Positions 1-9,778 of a stretch of 64,000 nucleotides of DNA are shown here, piece after piece (positions within the stretch are counted from its first letter, which is position 1; the number at the start of each line of letters is the position of its first letter). This DNA comes from an uncultured virus (IMG/VR IMGVR_UViG_3300021964_000035) (lineage: Duplodnaviria > Heunggongvirae > Uroviricota > Caudoviricetes). The stretch lies in IMG/VR virus record IMGVR_UViG_3300021964_000035. One strand, 5' to 3'. A program made the translations under genes and the position numbers. Under the pieces are notes generated by a model. It worked only from the letters and a program-made list of their open reading frames with translations, was not told where the DNA came from and made no database searches.

Positions 1-152
1 GCAGCCGACGCCTACCTCCTGTCCGGATTGAAGATCCTTTTGGCAGTGCGTTCGGACGTCAACTTGATCTACCCCTGACGTTCAGGCGAGAAGTTCCAGT
101 CCCAGTCACTTCGACCTTCACTCGTCAAGGCGCTTCTTCTTCGATCGAGGCA

Positions 153-1178
153 ATGAGCTCGCCTCTTCGTGGCGCGAGCGAGATGGACCCCGGAACGGCT
201 AGCTCAATTCGTCAATTAGCAGAAGGTCTAAGCCGTCGGACTGGTGTTCCCGCAGATGAGATTTTCACCCGTGTAACCCAACAGGGTGGGACTGACTATC
301 TGAACGAGCTTGCAAGCCGCAACGCCCTCACGAATCTCTCAAATCGGCTCGGACTAGAGCCTTTGAGCCAGACTCAGAAAAATGTTCTGTTGGGTCTGGC
401 TGGCGCAGGTACTCTCACCGCTGCTGTTAACCAAGGAGCCAACCAGCGTGAACAGGCACGTGAGGCAGCCCGCTTAAGGCAGGCTGCAACTATCCAACCA
501 GCTGCAAGCGTTCAACCAGGAACCTACGAGCTTTCTGAGCAGGAACAGAACGCAGCGTTCGAGCGGATTCTTCAGAAAGCCAGAGCCGGCGAAACGCCTG
601 AAGAAGTTACCCGTGAGGTTGTTGAGCAGGTCTACGAAAACCCTTCAGGCCAAACCGTAATTAAAACGGGAGAGGCAGTTTTTGCCCCAAGTCCTGACGA
701 GGCCAAGACCTTGTCTGAGTATTACAGGCAGCGTGGCGCCTACACCGCTCAGGCTGACGTCGCTGAGAAACTGGTCGAAGACTTCATTACTCGCGGCGGT
801 TTCCAGGGCGAACAGAAGAGCGCCATGACGAAGTGGGCGGAGGCAAATCCTCACCTCGTCTACGAGATGAAGCGTCGCTCCATGGTCGACCCCAATCAGT
901 CTTTGCAGTCTGGGGAGAATGTTACTTCCGAGACTATCGGGACAGAGCTTGGAAGCGACAGCCTTAATAGTGCTGCTGGCAGCGCTCAAGCCATTAGCGA
1001 CGCTGCCGTAAGCCCTACCGCCGGCGGTATGGATATGGTTGCTGCCACTAGCCCTCTGAAGAGCAATGTTTTGCTCAATAAGGGCCAAGCTCGCAACTAT
1101 GCAGAGGAAAGCATCCAAGCTGCTCCAACATTTACAGATAAACTGTTAATGATGGCTGCTGCTCGTCGGACCGCTTAA
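153..1178 (+). CDS. Hypothetical Ala/Gln/Glu-rich protein, probable virion/internal protein (may start upstream)
   Basis: 341-aa ORF, Cys-free helical composition, co-directional with structural-type genes. Confidence 0.55.
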   Translation: MSSPLRGASEMDPGTASSIRQLAEGLSRRTGVPADEIFTRVTQQGGTDYLNELASRNALTNLSNRLGLEPLSQTQKNVLLGLAGAGTLTAAVNQGANQREQAREAARLRQAATIQPAASVQPGTYELSEQEQNAAFERILQKARAGETPEEVTREVVEQVYENPSGQTVIKTGEAVFAPSPDEAKTLSEYYRQRGAYTAQADVAEKLVEDFITRGGFQGEQKSAMTKWAEANPHLVYEMKRRSMVDPNQSLQSGENVTSETIGTELGSDSLNSAAGSAQAISDAAVSPTAGGMDMVAATSPLKSNVLLNKGQARNYAEESIQAAPTFTDKLLMMAAARRTA

Positions 1179-1188
1179 GGAGTAAACC

Positions 1189-1743
1189 ATGTCGCAAGCC
1201 CCAATTGGAACTTTAACTCCAGAAGTTACTCCTGTACCCAAGAAGAAGACTCGCGCTGAGGAAATTAAGGAGCTTCTCGATATCCTTAATCCTCCCAAAG
1301 AGGACAACCGACCTGAATGGCAGAAAGGGTTCGAAGCCGTAACCACAGGCCTCGAAAAAGGTTTGAAGGGAATCGCCAAAGGCATCCGTGCCGCCCGTGG
1401 CGACGACATGGCAGGTGACCGCTTGGGTGAGTATCTCGCTCAGATGCGAGGCGACGAGGAAAAGCAGCGTGAAAACGCCAACATGCAATTCCTCAAGACA
1501 ATCATTCTGAGCCAAGCACTCGGAGACATCTTTAAAGATAAAGATGACAAAACCGAGGTCGAAGCCACTGAAGCCTTGAAGCCGGAAAAAGCCGCGGGCG
1601 GTCCAGGATATAAAACTGTGACCTACATCTCCCCGTCTAAGGATCTTTACGAGGACGTCGTTGTTGGTCTCGACCGCAACATGGTCGATGCCTTTGGACC
1701 TTTAGCTGGTATGGGTCTTTATAACGCCCGCATGCGTGGCTAG
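1189..1743 (+). CDS. Hypothetical protein, partial paralog of 53825..54580
   Basis: AAGGAG RBS before ATG; KGLKGIAKGIRAARGDD resembles KGLEGIAKGVAAARGEE in 53825. Confidence 0.7.
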   Translation: MSQAPIGTLTPEVTPVPKKKTRAEEIKELLDILNPPKEDNRPEWQKGFEAVTTGLEKGLKGIAKGIRAARGDDMAGDRLGEYLAQMRGDEEKQRENANMQFLKTIILSQALGDIFKDKDDKTEVEATEALKPEKAAGGPGYKTVTYISPSKDLYEDVVVGLDRNMVDAFGPLAGMGLYNARMRG

Positions 1744-1786
1744 GGCTAGACTTAGCTTAACTCCCTAAGAAACACAGAGCTCACAA

Positions 1787-2341
1787 ATGTCCTCAACGAG
1801 CACCAATAAGCAGCCCTGCTTGGTTGACCGCCCGTTTCTTCGCGGAGCCCGGATCAACAGCGCCACCACGGTTGTTAACCCAGTAACGCCTACCTTCGCT
1901 GACTTGGTTCAGCTGGTTCGTGTCGGCGATCTTCCTTCTGAAGATGCTGCACTGTGTGAGGACATTTTTCTTGTAAGCAACGAAGGTTATCCCGATAACG
2001 GCGGTGTTCGTACTGCTGAGTTCGGTGTCTACGTCTACGCCCCGAACCAGGCAGCTCCTTCGACCTCTGCATCCTTGCTTGTTGGTCGGATCGAGGTTGG
2101 CCTGAGCGGCGGCACTCAAGGTGTTCCTCTGCACCTCGAGCTTCCCTTCAACAACGCTCCCACCCCTCAAGTCGGCGATACGTCGTTGGGCGGTGCTGTC
2201 TCCATCGGCAAGATGGAAGGTCTGTACTTGGAGAAAGGCTACATCCTGGGTATCGGATACCTCGGCGATGGCCCGACCGCCGTCTCTGGTGGTCTCAGTC
2301 CTTCCGGCGTTACTGTCTGGGCGCAGGGCGGTTTCTATTGA
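1787..2341 (+). CDS. Putative virion structural protein
   Basis: 184-aa beta-rich Gly/Ser/Val ORF ending GGFY; TAGACT -10-like box at 1747. Confidence 0.6.
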   Translation: MSSTSTNKQPCLVDRPFLRGARINSATTVVNPVTPTFADLVQLVRVGDLPSEDAALCEDIFLVSNEGYPDNGGVRTAEFGVYVYAPNQAAPSTSASLLVGRIEVGLSGGTQGVPLHLELPFNNAPTPQVGDTSLGGAVSIGKMEGLYLEKGYILGIGYLGDGPTAVSGGLSPSGVTVWAQGGFY

Positions 2342-2344
2342 TCC

Positions 2345-3865
2345 GTGGCTAAAAAGAACCCCTTCGGTTACGGCGGATATAAAAAGCCGAAGGGAGTTGA
2401 TGGCGTAGCGCCAGTAAATGGAGTGTCGAGGGGCGATATGAGTCGTCCTTTGCCGCTCCATCGGCGTTTTAGGCCACCTCTAGGAATGAAGGCCAGTTCG
2501 GCCGAAAGCAATTACAACTACGCTTCTTTATACGCTCGTTGGCGCCGTGGCTATGAACTGGCCATGTATTCGCAGCAAGCCTATGACGGTTTAACTTATT
2601 CGTTTCGTTATTACATTACTGCTCAAAATGTCGGGCAGTTTTTGCCGGGTATGTGCTTTATGTACCCGACGACAAAGACCGACATGCGGATGTACATGGT
2701 CGGCGTCAGGCCAAGAGATAGCTTTAACTTTCTTGACTTCGGCTTTGCAATTGAGTCTGTAACAGACTTTGACTCAGATACTATCGCCGTAAAAATTAAC
2801 ACCAACTTCGGCGCTCCTATTTCCTTCTTTACTGGGGAAGTTTTATCGAATCGGTACAATTCTGACGGCACAGAAAAGACAGAGGACTATGGAAACTACA
2901 CCGTTGTTGCTGTAGGCCGTGATGGCGTAAAACTTCCGCCAAGTCCCTTTCCAATCTTTAATACTCTTTTCTTAGCTGTAAGCAAAGATCTAAGTTGGAC
3001 GGTCGTTAACTCGACTACCCTCACTGCGCCGGCCAGAGCGAATCCATTACCTGGAGAGTTTCTGACTACGGAGATGCGTTATGCGTGTAGCTGCCCTGAC
3101 TACTTAAGTCGACGCAACGCAAACCTTTACGACTATCCGAATAACGATTTTTACCCATATACGAAACCTTTAAATATGCGCCCCGGCCAATATGACGCCG
3201 GCGATATGTTCCAAGACGACCGTTTTGTCCCTGCGTCTGATGACCCAGGCTGGGTACGAGACTTTGGTTTTATCTACCTGAACCAGATCTACAACATTCC
3301 CGCAGGGTCGGAAGCGTCGTACACCAACCTTTATTTCCATCAGCCACGGTGGTGCAAACACATCTACGCAGCCATGTGGGACATGCAGCTGCGCTTCTCG
3401 CAAGGCGAGATGACTCAGCCTTGGTTGGTCCAGCCAAATGATGAACCTCTAGATCCTTATTACAGAGAACACCTCGAACATCAGATTGCTAAGCAGTCTG
3501 AGTTTTTGTACAGGGATAAAAATCTCGTGTGGTGGCAAAGGTACTCACCGGCACGAGACAACATGCCGTCGCACATGATGCGACCTGACATGTACAACAT
3601 GATGGTCAAGGTGTTGAACTTTGGCGCATCGGGCAACTTCGCGACTCCAATCGCGAGCGGCAACTTCGTCATGACAGATGTCGACGAATACAATCCGTTC
3701 GACCCAGCTTCTGCTCCGAATATCATCTATGACGGTGGCACATACGAAAATGGAGCTGCCACAAGTAGTGGGGTCGTCTTTGTCTTTGACGGCGGCCAGT
3801 ATCAGAATGGAGCTCTGATCCCTCCCTCAGGCTTCCCCTCATTTATTAACGGAGGTACTTACTGA
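2345..3865 (+). CDS. Protein with split SWIM-like Zn motif, probably structural
   Basis: YACSCPDY ... WCKHIYA; C-terminal DGGTY/DGGQY/NGGTY repeats. Confidence 0.6.
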   Translation: MAKKNPFGYGGYKKPKGVDGVAPVNGVSRGDMSRPLPLHRRFRPPLGMKASSAESNYNYASLYARWRRGYELAMYSQQAYDGLTYSFRYYITAQNVGQFLPGMCFMYPTTKTDMRMYMVGVRPRDSFNFLDFGFAIESVTDFDSDTIAVKINTNFGAPISFFTGEVLSNRYNSDGTEKTEDYGNYTVVAVGRDGVKLPPSPFPIFNTLFLAVSKDLSWTVVNSTTLTAPARANPLPGEFLTTEMRYACSCPDYLSRRNANLYDYPNNDFYPYTKPLNMRPGQYDAGDMFQDDRFVPASDDPGWVRDFGFIYLNQIYNIPAGSEASYTNLYFHQPRWCKHIYAAMWDMQLRFSQGEMTQPWLVQPNDEPLDPYYREHLEHQIAKQSEFLYRDKNLVWWQRYSPARDNMPSHMMRPDMYNMMVKVLNFGASGNFATPIASGNFVMTDVDEYNPFDPASAPNIIYDGGTYENGAATSSGVVFVFDGGQYQNGALIPPSGFPSFINGGTY

Positions 3866-3866
3866 T

Positions 3867-4511
3867 ATGACCAGCACACCGGTAACAATTCTCCTCAAGC
3901 GGACGGGCCAAGCCTCCGACCGTCCAAACGACTCGATTCTCTCTGGAGGAGAGATGGCGCTGGCCTTTGGTGCTGCCGACCCCGGCATGTACTACAAGGA
4001 TTCAGCGGGAAATATCCGGAAGATCGGGGGAGCTCAGTACGCAACAACCGCTCCGAACTCAAGCCCCGTGGGATCGACCGGCAACTCGGTCGGGGAACTT
4101 TGGGCGGAAGCAGCAGGTAACACGATCCTTTCAGTTTGGACCGGAGCGTCTTGGCAAGGCGTTGGAGCCGCTTTCGCGACAAACGCCACAACAGCTCAAT
4201 CCGCTGTAAGTGCGGGCACAGCCACTTTGGCTTCGGGAGCGATTACAGCATCAGGGGCAGCCACGGCAGATACATGCTTATTGGCTTCCGGAGCGATTCT
4301 GGCCTCCGGCTCTGTCGGCGCGATCATTGCTAGCGGTGCTGTCGGAGCCACAATTGCTAGCGGAGCAGTCCCTGGGTCTGAGATTGTGACTATTGTCGCG
4401 ACAACACTGCCAGCGTCTGTAGTTACTGGTGGCCTTGTTTATCAGACGAGTGCTGGCGCCCAGCCCAGCGGTCTTTATGTCGGAACCGCTGCCGGGTGGG
4501 CAAAGACCTAA
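3867..4511 (+). CDS. Short tail-fibre-like protein
   Basis: N-terminal ILLKR...GEMAL...MYYKD typical of fibre/hyaluronidase-type N-termini; repeated ASGA units. Confidence 0.65.
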   Translation: MTSTPVTILLKRTGQASDRPNDSILSGGEMALAFGAADPGMYYKDSAGNIRKIGGAQYATTAPNSSPVGSTGNSVGELWAEAAGNTILSVWTGASWQGVGAAFATNATTAQSAVSAGTATLASGAITASGAATADTCLLASGAILASGSVGAIIASGAVGATIASGAVPGSEIVTIVATTLPASVVTGGLVYQTSAGAQPSGLYVGTAAGWAKT

Positions 4512-5029
4512 CGAAGAGAGGCCTTAAGGAACCAAGCCGCTTTAAACATCGCGCCCACGACTTCTGCGCAATAGTTCTCGATATCGGGCGCTTTTACTTC
4601 GCGAGCGTATTCACCGACGTCTTTAGCTTCGAAACCTGCTCGCTCAAGGTTGCGCACGTAAGTGACGAGCATCTCCCGAGCGTCGTGGGATTTGACGTGA
4701 TCAAATTTCTTGTGTGCAGCTAAGAGTCCTCGCTGGCACATAGGCATCAGATAGTCCATCGAACGGACTAACTCGCCTAAATGATCGAACTGCTCGATGT
4801 GAGCTTCGTACTGCTTCTTAAGAAATTTGTGTAAAGCCAGAAAGTTGGCGCACTCAATGTTGAGGTGAGCCAGGTGTGCCTGAGTGGAAAGCTGATAGCA
4901 GAACGAGGACAGGTCGATCAGTTTGAGGATCAACCCGTCCGCGTTGGCGTCTTGCTCTACAACGATTGTGACTTCGGATGCTTCAGTAGCAGCAGGATCT
5001 GGTAAGGAAGAACCCGAAAAAGTCATCAC
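4508..5029 (-). CDS. dps: Dps/ferritin-like protein
   Basis: HLAHLNIE..NFLALHKFLKKQYE...FDHLGELVR matches the Dps ferroxidase pattern; C-terminal KAAWFLKA. Confidence 0.8.
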   Translation of the reverse strand: MMTFSGSSLPDPAATEASEVTIVVEQDANADGLILKLIDLSSFCYQLSTQAHLAHLNIECANFLALHKFLKKQYEAHIEQFDHLGELVRSMDYLMPMCQRGLLAAHKKFDHVKSHDAREMLVTYVRNLERAGFEAKDVGEYAREVKAPDIENYCAEVVGAMFKAAWFLKASLR

Positions 5030-5298
5030 ACAACGCAGCTGGAAGCATCAGCTGCAACTTCGTTACTAGCTACTTTAGCGCCAGCCGTGGTGTCCTGCAG
5101 GAAGGTCTCCAGTGCATCACGCTTGATGCGATACAGAGACTTAGCACCGTTGGGCTGCAGGTTCACGAAGACTTCTTTAGGCCAACCACCAGCTTGGTTG
5201 GACTCAGTAAGGGCAATACGCTTACGCACAAAACCAGCACTGCAGTTAAGGAGCTCAGCAGTCTCCGCAATAGTCAACAGGGTTTTTTGGTCAGCCAT
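5026..5298 (-). CDS. Excisionase-type HTH DNA-binding protein
   Basis: LLTIAETAELLNCSAGFVRKRI ... YRIKRDALETFL. Confidence 0.75.
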   Translation of the reverse strand: MADQKTLLTIAETAELLNCSAGFVRKRIALTESNQAGGWPKEVFVNLQPNGAKSLYRIKRDALETFLQDTTAGAKVASNEVAADASSCVV

Positions 5299-5423
5299 GT
5301 AAGGGCTACGACGTTTCGCGAAGTAATAGTAACTTGAAAATTTGTACGCGGTACATCAACTTCTTGATTTCAGATTGTCTTCAGAATCGGATTCGCTATG
5401 CTGTTGAGAGAGGATTGTGACCA

Positions 5424-5669
5424 ATGATTCGTCTCGCTGGCGAAGTTTTCTCGGGGTACAACAAACCCAAGCGGGACAAGCAGGGCGGTAAGAAGTTTGC
5501 CGTAGCCGCCAAAGAGGGTGATGAAGTTCGGCTTGTCCGGTTCGGTGACGCGAATATGGAGATCAAACGTGATAATCCTGAACGCCGTGCGAACTTCAGG
5601 GCACGTCATAGCTGTGATGAAAAGAAGAGCAAACTGACGGCAGGTTATTGGAGTTGTAAAAACTGGTGA
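5424..5669 (+). CDS. Conserved small basic marine-phage protein
   Basis: KKFAVAAKEG..VRFGD...RRANFRARHSC...AGYWSCKNW pattern recognised from phage hypotheticals. Confidence 0.75.
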   Translation: MIRLAGEVFSGYNKPKRDKQGGKKFAVAAKEGDEVRLVRFGDANMEIKRDNPERRANFRARHSCDEKKSKLTAGYWSCKNW

Positions 5670-5735
5670 GTCTAGGTGCGGTTTAAACTTGGGTTGATCT
5701 TCGTCCTAGAATCCAGATAGTCCCACGGAGGAGCC

Positions 5736-5981
5736 GTGGCTATCGCTGATGACGACTCTGCAAGTCTGAACTGCCATCTCACGCTTGAGGACGAGTTCAC
5801 GCTGACTCGAATCAAGAACAAAGCGTACGAACTTCAAAAAGGCGACCGGGATCAATATTTATGGTCAGTCGTCTTTCGCTTAGTATGTAGGGAACGCGCC
5901 TACCGCTCAGTAATGAGCGAAATTGGCATCGCGATTGATACCAACGTTCAGATCTTCGAAGACGATGGCGCAGACGAATAG
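5736..5981 (+). CDS. nblA: NblA-like phycobilisome degradation protein (copy 1)
   Basis: LTLEDEFTLTRI (NblA L[ST]LEQxF motif), two predicted helices, RERAYRSVM resembles REATYQELL; TAGAAT box and GGAGG RBS. Confidence 0.6.
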   Translation: MAIADDDSASLNCHLTLEDEFTLTRIKNKAYELQKGDRDQYLWSVVFRLVCRERAYRSVMSEIGIAIDTNVQIFEDDGADE

Positions 5982-6882
5982 CGAGGGTCGCATAACCCTT
6001 CCTCGCCAGTCTTTTGGGTCTGCTCTATCGCAGAATCTTTTGTATCAGCTTGCTTCAAAGCAGGCCAATCCCAACACATCCTTTCGTCGAGCAGAACAGT
6101 TCAACGCTCTCGCTGATGAGCTCGAGGAAAGTGATGATCCTCGAAGCATCGAGATGGCCGAGCGTCTGAGGGCAGAGGCTGGCGCTCTCCCTCAAGTCTC
6201 GCAAAACTCAGGAATAGATCCGACGAGTATTCTGAGCACTGTTTTTTCGACCTTTAGGCAGGTAGACAAACAGAATCAAAAAATCAGCGAGTACGAAAAG
6301 TACGTCAATAATCTGCAGACCAGTCTTCTCCAGCAACGAGCGAAGCTTGACAGCCGGAACCTTCAAGGAGTTACGGCGCCAGGAGCCCCTCTTTTTTCAC
6401 AAGGCCCTGTTTTCAAATCGAACGTCCTCGGAATGAACCGTGGGATTTCGATTCCTTCATACGACGCAACTGGCGAGCCGGGATTCGATTACAGCGTTGA
6501 AGGTGGAAAAGAGAACGCTATTTACTTCAGCCCTGAGGAAGCTGAAGTTGTCGAAGTGGTCGGAAACCAGAACTGGCGCACCGACGTAAAAACCAATCCA
6601 GGCGGTCGAAGGGGTTATGGAAACTATGTAGATCTCCGATTCAAGCGACCTGATGGAAAATTCTTTGATGCTCGGATCGCCCACTTCAACGCGGTAAACC
6701 AGAACTTAAAGGTTGGCGACCGCATACCCCGTGGCTATCCCATTGGAACACAAGGAACAACAGGATCTACTACTGGTCCTCACATTTCCTTTGACCTGTA
6801 CGGGCCAGGAAGTTACACCGGAGATCTGAACACAAGAGATTTGATATACCCTAATATGACTTCAGGCAGGCTTTTTAGGTAA
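5965..6882 (+). CDS. Coiled-coil protein with degenerate M23/LytM domain
   Basis: GYGNYV..IAHF..LKVGD..IGTQGTTGSTTGPHISF; HxxxD reads EPGFD and HxH reads HIS. Confidence 0.7.
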   Translation: MAQTNSEGRITLPRQSFGSALSQNLLYQLASKQANPNTSFRRAEQFNALADELEESDDPRSIEMAERLRAEAGALPQVSQNSGIDPTSILSTVFSTFRQVDKQNQKISEYEKYVNNLQTSLLQQRAKLDSRNLQGVTAPGAPLFSQGPVFKSNVLGMNRGISIPSYDATGEPGFDYSVEGGKENAIYFSPEEAEVVEVVGNQNWRTDVKTNPGGRRGYGNYVDLRFKRPDGKFFDARIAHFNAVNQNLKVGDRIPRGYPIGTQGTTGSTTGPHISFDLYGPGSYTGDLNTRDLIYPNMTSGRLFR

Positions 6883-6888
6883 GCAGGA

Positions 6889-7329
6889 ATGGGTCGGAAA
6901 AAATCATCTGGCGGTGACTCCGGCGCAGCTGCACGCGCAGCAGCTGAAGCCTCTCGTAAAGCTGCTGAAGCTGCAGAACGGGCTGCTCGTGAACGGGAAG
7001 AGCGTGCCCGTCAAGAGTTTCAGCAATCTCTCGCTCGCGTCAAAAACTACACTGGGCAAACTGCTCAGCAATTCGTCGAGGGTGCAAAAGGTGAGCTCGC
7101 CACCACCCTTGGCGATATGACGAGTAAGTACGAAAAACAGCTTGCTGCTTTTGATCCAGACGTTTCTAAAGGGATCTCTCGTTTACAGCAGACTGCAGTT
7201 CAGGCTCAGCAGCTGACTAACCTGAACCCTCAATCGGAATTCCAAAAGTACCTTTCCGGCATTGAAGGCAAAGTTCGTAAGTCGACCGCCGGCGGTCAGA
7301 ACTTAGGGTTCCAGACCAGCGATCTCTGA
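6889..7329 (+). CDS. Hypothetical coiled-coil protein
   Basis: 146-aa Ala/Glu/Arg-rich ORF with RBS. Confidence 0.65.
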   Translation: MGRKKSSGGDSGAAARAAAEASRKAAEAAERAAREREERARQEFQQSLARVKNYTGQTAQQFVEGAKGELATTLGDMTSKYEKQLAAFDPDVSKGISRLQQTAVQAQQLTNLNPQSEFQKYLSGIEGKVRKSTAGGQNLGFQTSDL

Positions 7330-7640
7330 TGAGCTCGGAATATCAGATCCGACCCTCCAGTCACGAGCGGAAAATCGATTTCCATGGCAGAGCTCCAGAA
7401 GCTCGCCAAGACACTCGTTACGGAAGACGTCCGAACATTCGGATGGCCGGACAGATCTTTCCCGAAAGTTCCAGAGAACGTAGGGGTCGTCTAGAGCGGG
7501 AGCGCATGGGCCGAATCCAAAAACAAACACCCGTGGGTTACGGCGAGGTTTTAGGTTTTGCCCAAAACGACAGCTTTGGCCCCGATAATTCGTACGAAAG
7601 TAAAGAGCGTATTAGCTATAAACACGACCAAGAGTACTAA
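7329..7640 (+). CDS. Hypothetical protein with RMAGQIFPE motif
   Basis: TGATG translational coupling to the previous gene. Confidence 0.6.
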   Translation: MSSEYQIRPSSHERKIDFHGRAPEARQDTRYGRRPNIRMAGQIFPESSRERRGRLERERMGRIQKQTPVGYGEVLGFAQNDSFGPDNSYESKERISYKHDQEY

Positions 7641-8190
7641 ATAAATCTTGGAAATCCTGAACTCTTTGTTCCGGATTTATAAAGGCGGGTAAGTAAAAAA
7701 CAAACCCATAGCACTTTGTATTTTTTACTTTTGGAAGATCCTTTTCGTCCCAGCTTAAGTTGGGTTTTTCTTTGAGAATGCAAAGGGGAAAGTCGAAACC
7801 AATTTTCTGAGTTACCAATAACGCTACATCAGTGGACGTCAAAAAAACTAAGGCCTCCTCAAATTCGTTTTTGCGGTAGCGGGCAAGCAACTCCTCGAGC
7901 CAAACCCGCTGCGCAGACTTCTTGAAGCGCTTGGTTTTTTTGAAAAGAGTTTTATCGGGCGGCTGTTCGCTGGAAAACAGAAAGTCCCTCGGAGGAAAAA
8001 GGTAAACGTTTTTAGCCTTCCAACTCTGCTTTAGTCCGTTTACTGAAGGATCGTAGAAACGCTCAGCGCCGACAAGATTATTGGCAGTCTCGCTGGATGC
8101 CGGGTCTAAATAAATTGTGCCGCCAAAGAACGCCGTGGCAGTGCCAAGCAACTCTGGCGGCGATACAAAATCAAATGATCCGAGGGGCAT
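7612..8190 (-). CDS. Phage Dam-like N6-adenine MTase homolog, degenerate motif IV
   Basis: IYLDPASSETAN...RFY...NGLKQSW...VYLFPPR (NPPY expected). Confidence 0.7.
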   Translation of the reverse strand: MPLGSFDFVSPPELLGTATAFFGGTIYLDPASSETANNLVGAERFYDPSVNGLKQSWKAKNVYLFPPRDFLFSSEQPPDKTLFKKTKRFKKSAQRVWLEELLARYRKNEFEEALVFLTSTDVALLVTQKIGFDFPLCILKEKPNLSWDEKDLPKVKNTKCYGFVFYLPAFINPEQRVQDFQDLFSTLGRVYS

Positions 8191-8593
8191 TCTCAGCTAT
8201 TTCCTCAATAGCGTCAGCGGCTTCCTCGAGTTCAACAACATGAATCTGGAGGTTGGTGCAACCAGATTCGACGAGCATAATTACTGCCGTATTGTTATCT
8301 TCTTCCTTCTCGACGATGTTGGCAGCCGAGCTAAGGAATGCCGCAGTTTCCTCGTCGCACATTTCTTCTGCGACAGCTTTATCAGCTAGCAGGTCAGCCA
8401 TTGTGATGTAACGGCTCTGGCCGGGCTTGTCCATATTGAAGACAAGAATACCTGCACCTGATGCCATGTAATACTCTCGATAGAGAGTAATCATGTCTTC
8501 GAGGATCACCTGCGCAATGCCTTTAGACATCTTCCGCTTGACCTCATCGCCGCCACCAAACAGGTGCTTAATCAGCTGAGTTCTCCTGCTCAT
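8171..8593 (-). CDS. Hypothetical protein
   Basis: Likely start MSRRTQL; packed with neighbours. Confidence 0.65.
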   Translation of the reverse strand: MSRRTQLIKHLFGGGDEVKRKMSKGIAQVILEDMITLYREYYMASGAGILVFNMDKPGQSRYITMADLLADKAVAEEMCDEETAAFLSSAANIVEKEEDNNTAVIMLVESGCTNLQIHVVELEEAADAIEEIAENAPRII

Positions 8594-8894
8594 AGCCTTT
8601 AAAATTCGTCCAAGCGTCCTGAAGAACCTTAGCTGCATCGTAAAGAAAAGAACTGGTGTTGCTATCCGTAGGACTGAGTTTGCAATAGTGACGCCCCTCG
8701 ATCAAGCCTGACTTGCCGCTTGATGCAACACCTTGATGAACAAGGCGATCGATGGCAACCGTCGGTACACCAAGCCTTTGGGACAAAGCCTTGCGAGAGA
8801 CAAACGCCGTGGTTGACTTACCGGCTTTGGAGTTTGCAATCTGCTGGAGCGAGATGTCAATGCTTCTTAAGAGCTCTAGGAGTTCCTTGTCCAC
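8568..8894 (-). CDS. HTH DNA-binding protein
   Basis: FVSRKALSQRLGVPTVAIDRLVHQG...EGRHY; GTG start inferred. Confidence 0.65.
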   Translation of the reverse strand: MDKELLELLRSIDISLQQIANSKAGKSTTAFVSRKALSQRLGVPTVAIDRLVHQGVASSGKSGLIEGRHYCKLSPTDSNTSSFLYDAAKVLQDAWTNFKGYEQENSAD

Positions 8895-9039
8895 TGTGTT
8901 GTGAAAAAGTATGAGAGGCCGCCAACTCACCAGGATCCTGGCAAGCTAGTTCAGTTACCGCTGTTCGGAAAGGACGAAAACGAACAGCACCTCTCGGTTG
9001 CTGCGCTCAGGTCCTTCTTACCGAGCGAGCGTCTGAAGA

Positions 9040-9504
9040 CTACAAAAGCTCTTTGAGTTGGTCAACAAAATCAGGACCATCCTCAATGAGGATTTGCATT
9101 ACGGCTTTGAGCTTGCTTTCGAGCTCGTTAGCTGCAGTGGTTTCTTTCCTGTCGTTTAACAGTAGCCAGTAAGTATATGCGTTCTGTAAATACAGATGAG
9201 TTTGGCGAGCTTTAAGAGCCTGGACCTTCCACTTCTCGAAGTCGTAACTGGAGTTGTGTCGACTCAAACCGATGCGCTGCTCGAGATCCCGAATCTCGAT
9301 CTGCATGTCGATGTCCTGCAAAGTGAAGGACAAAGCGGAGAGCTTGGCCTGGCACTCACTAATAGAGGTAGGCTCCGGATTGTCTGTGTAAATCCAGGGC
9401 GGCAGGTTATCAATGATGTACTCCTGCTTCCAGAGAACCTCCTTAACTTCTACGTTCTTGAAGGTCGAGGAGGGTTGAGAAGACCTGAGCGTTGTACTTT
9501 CCAT
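9040..9504 (-). CDS. Hypothetical coiled-coil protein (start uncertain)
   Basis: Protein-like C-terminal ~140 aa. Confidence 0.6.
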   Translation of the reverse strand: MESTTLRSSQPSSTFKNVEVKEVLWKQEYIIDNLPPWIYTDNPEPTSISECQAKLSALSFTLQDIDMQIEIRDLEQRIGLSRHNSSYDFEKWKVQALKARQTHLYLQNAYTYWLLLNDRKETTAANELESKLKAVMQILIEDGPDFVDQLKELL

Positions 9505-9778
9505 CGATGCAGTAGAGCGTGTGGGCCTCGAATCTGGTTTGAACGACCAGGTGTCGATTGATGAGGGCACGAAGTTGTTGTTGTAGTGAAGTTTTACTGA
9601 TTCCCAGGTAACCGAGTAAATCCTTACTCGATAGGGGTTGGTGGAACCGTAGCACGTTTAAGACATCTTCATGACGTCTGATGGCTGCCACGAGCGTTTG
9701 ATATTCGAAATTGATCGCTTGCTGACGGACCGACCGTACTTGAGCTGAATCTGATGCTGGATCTTTAAATTGCTCCAT
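9443..9778 (-). CDS. Winged-HTH (ArsR/MarR-like) regulator
   Basis: VLNVLRFHQPLSSKDLLGYLGISKTSLQQQLRALINRHLVVQTR...LYCI. Confidence 0.7.
   Translation of the reverse strand: MEQFKDPASDSAQVRSVRQQAINFEYQTLVAAIRRHEDVLNVLRFHQPLSSKDLLGYLGISKTSLQQQLRALINRHLVVQTRFEAHTLYCIDGKYNAQVFSTLLDLQERRS

Noticed and set aside
5026..5298. Evidence of lysogeny from xis-like and Cro/C1 HTH genes
   Set aside because: No integrase or att duplication in the window; such HTH domains are common in lytic phages.
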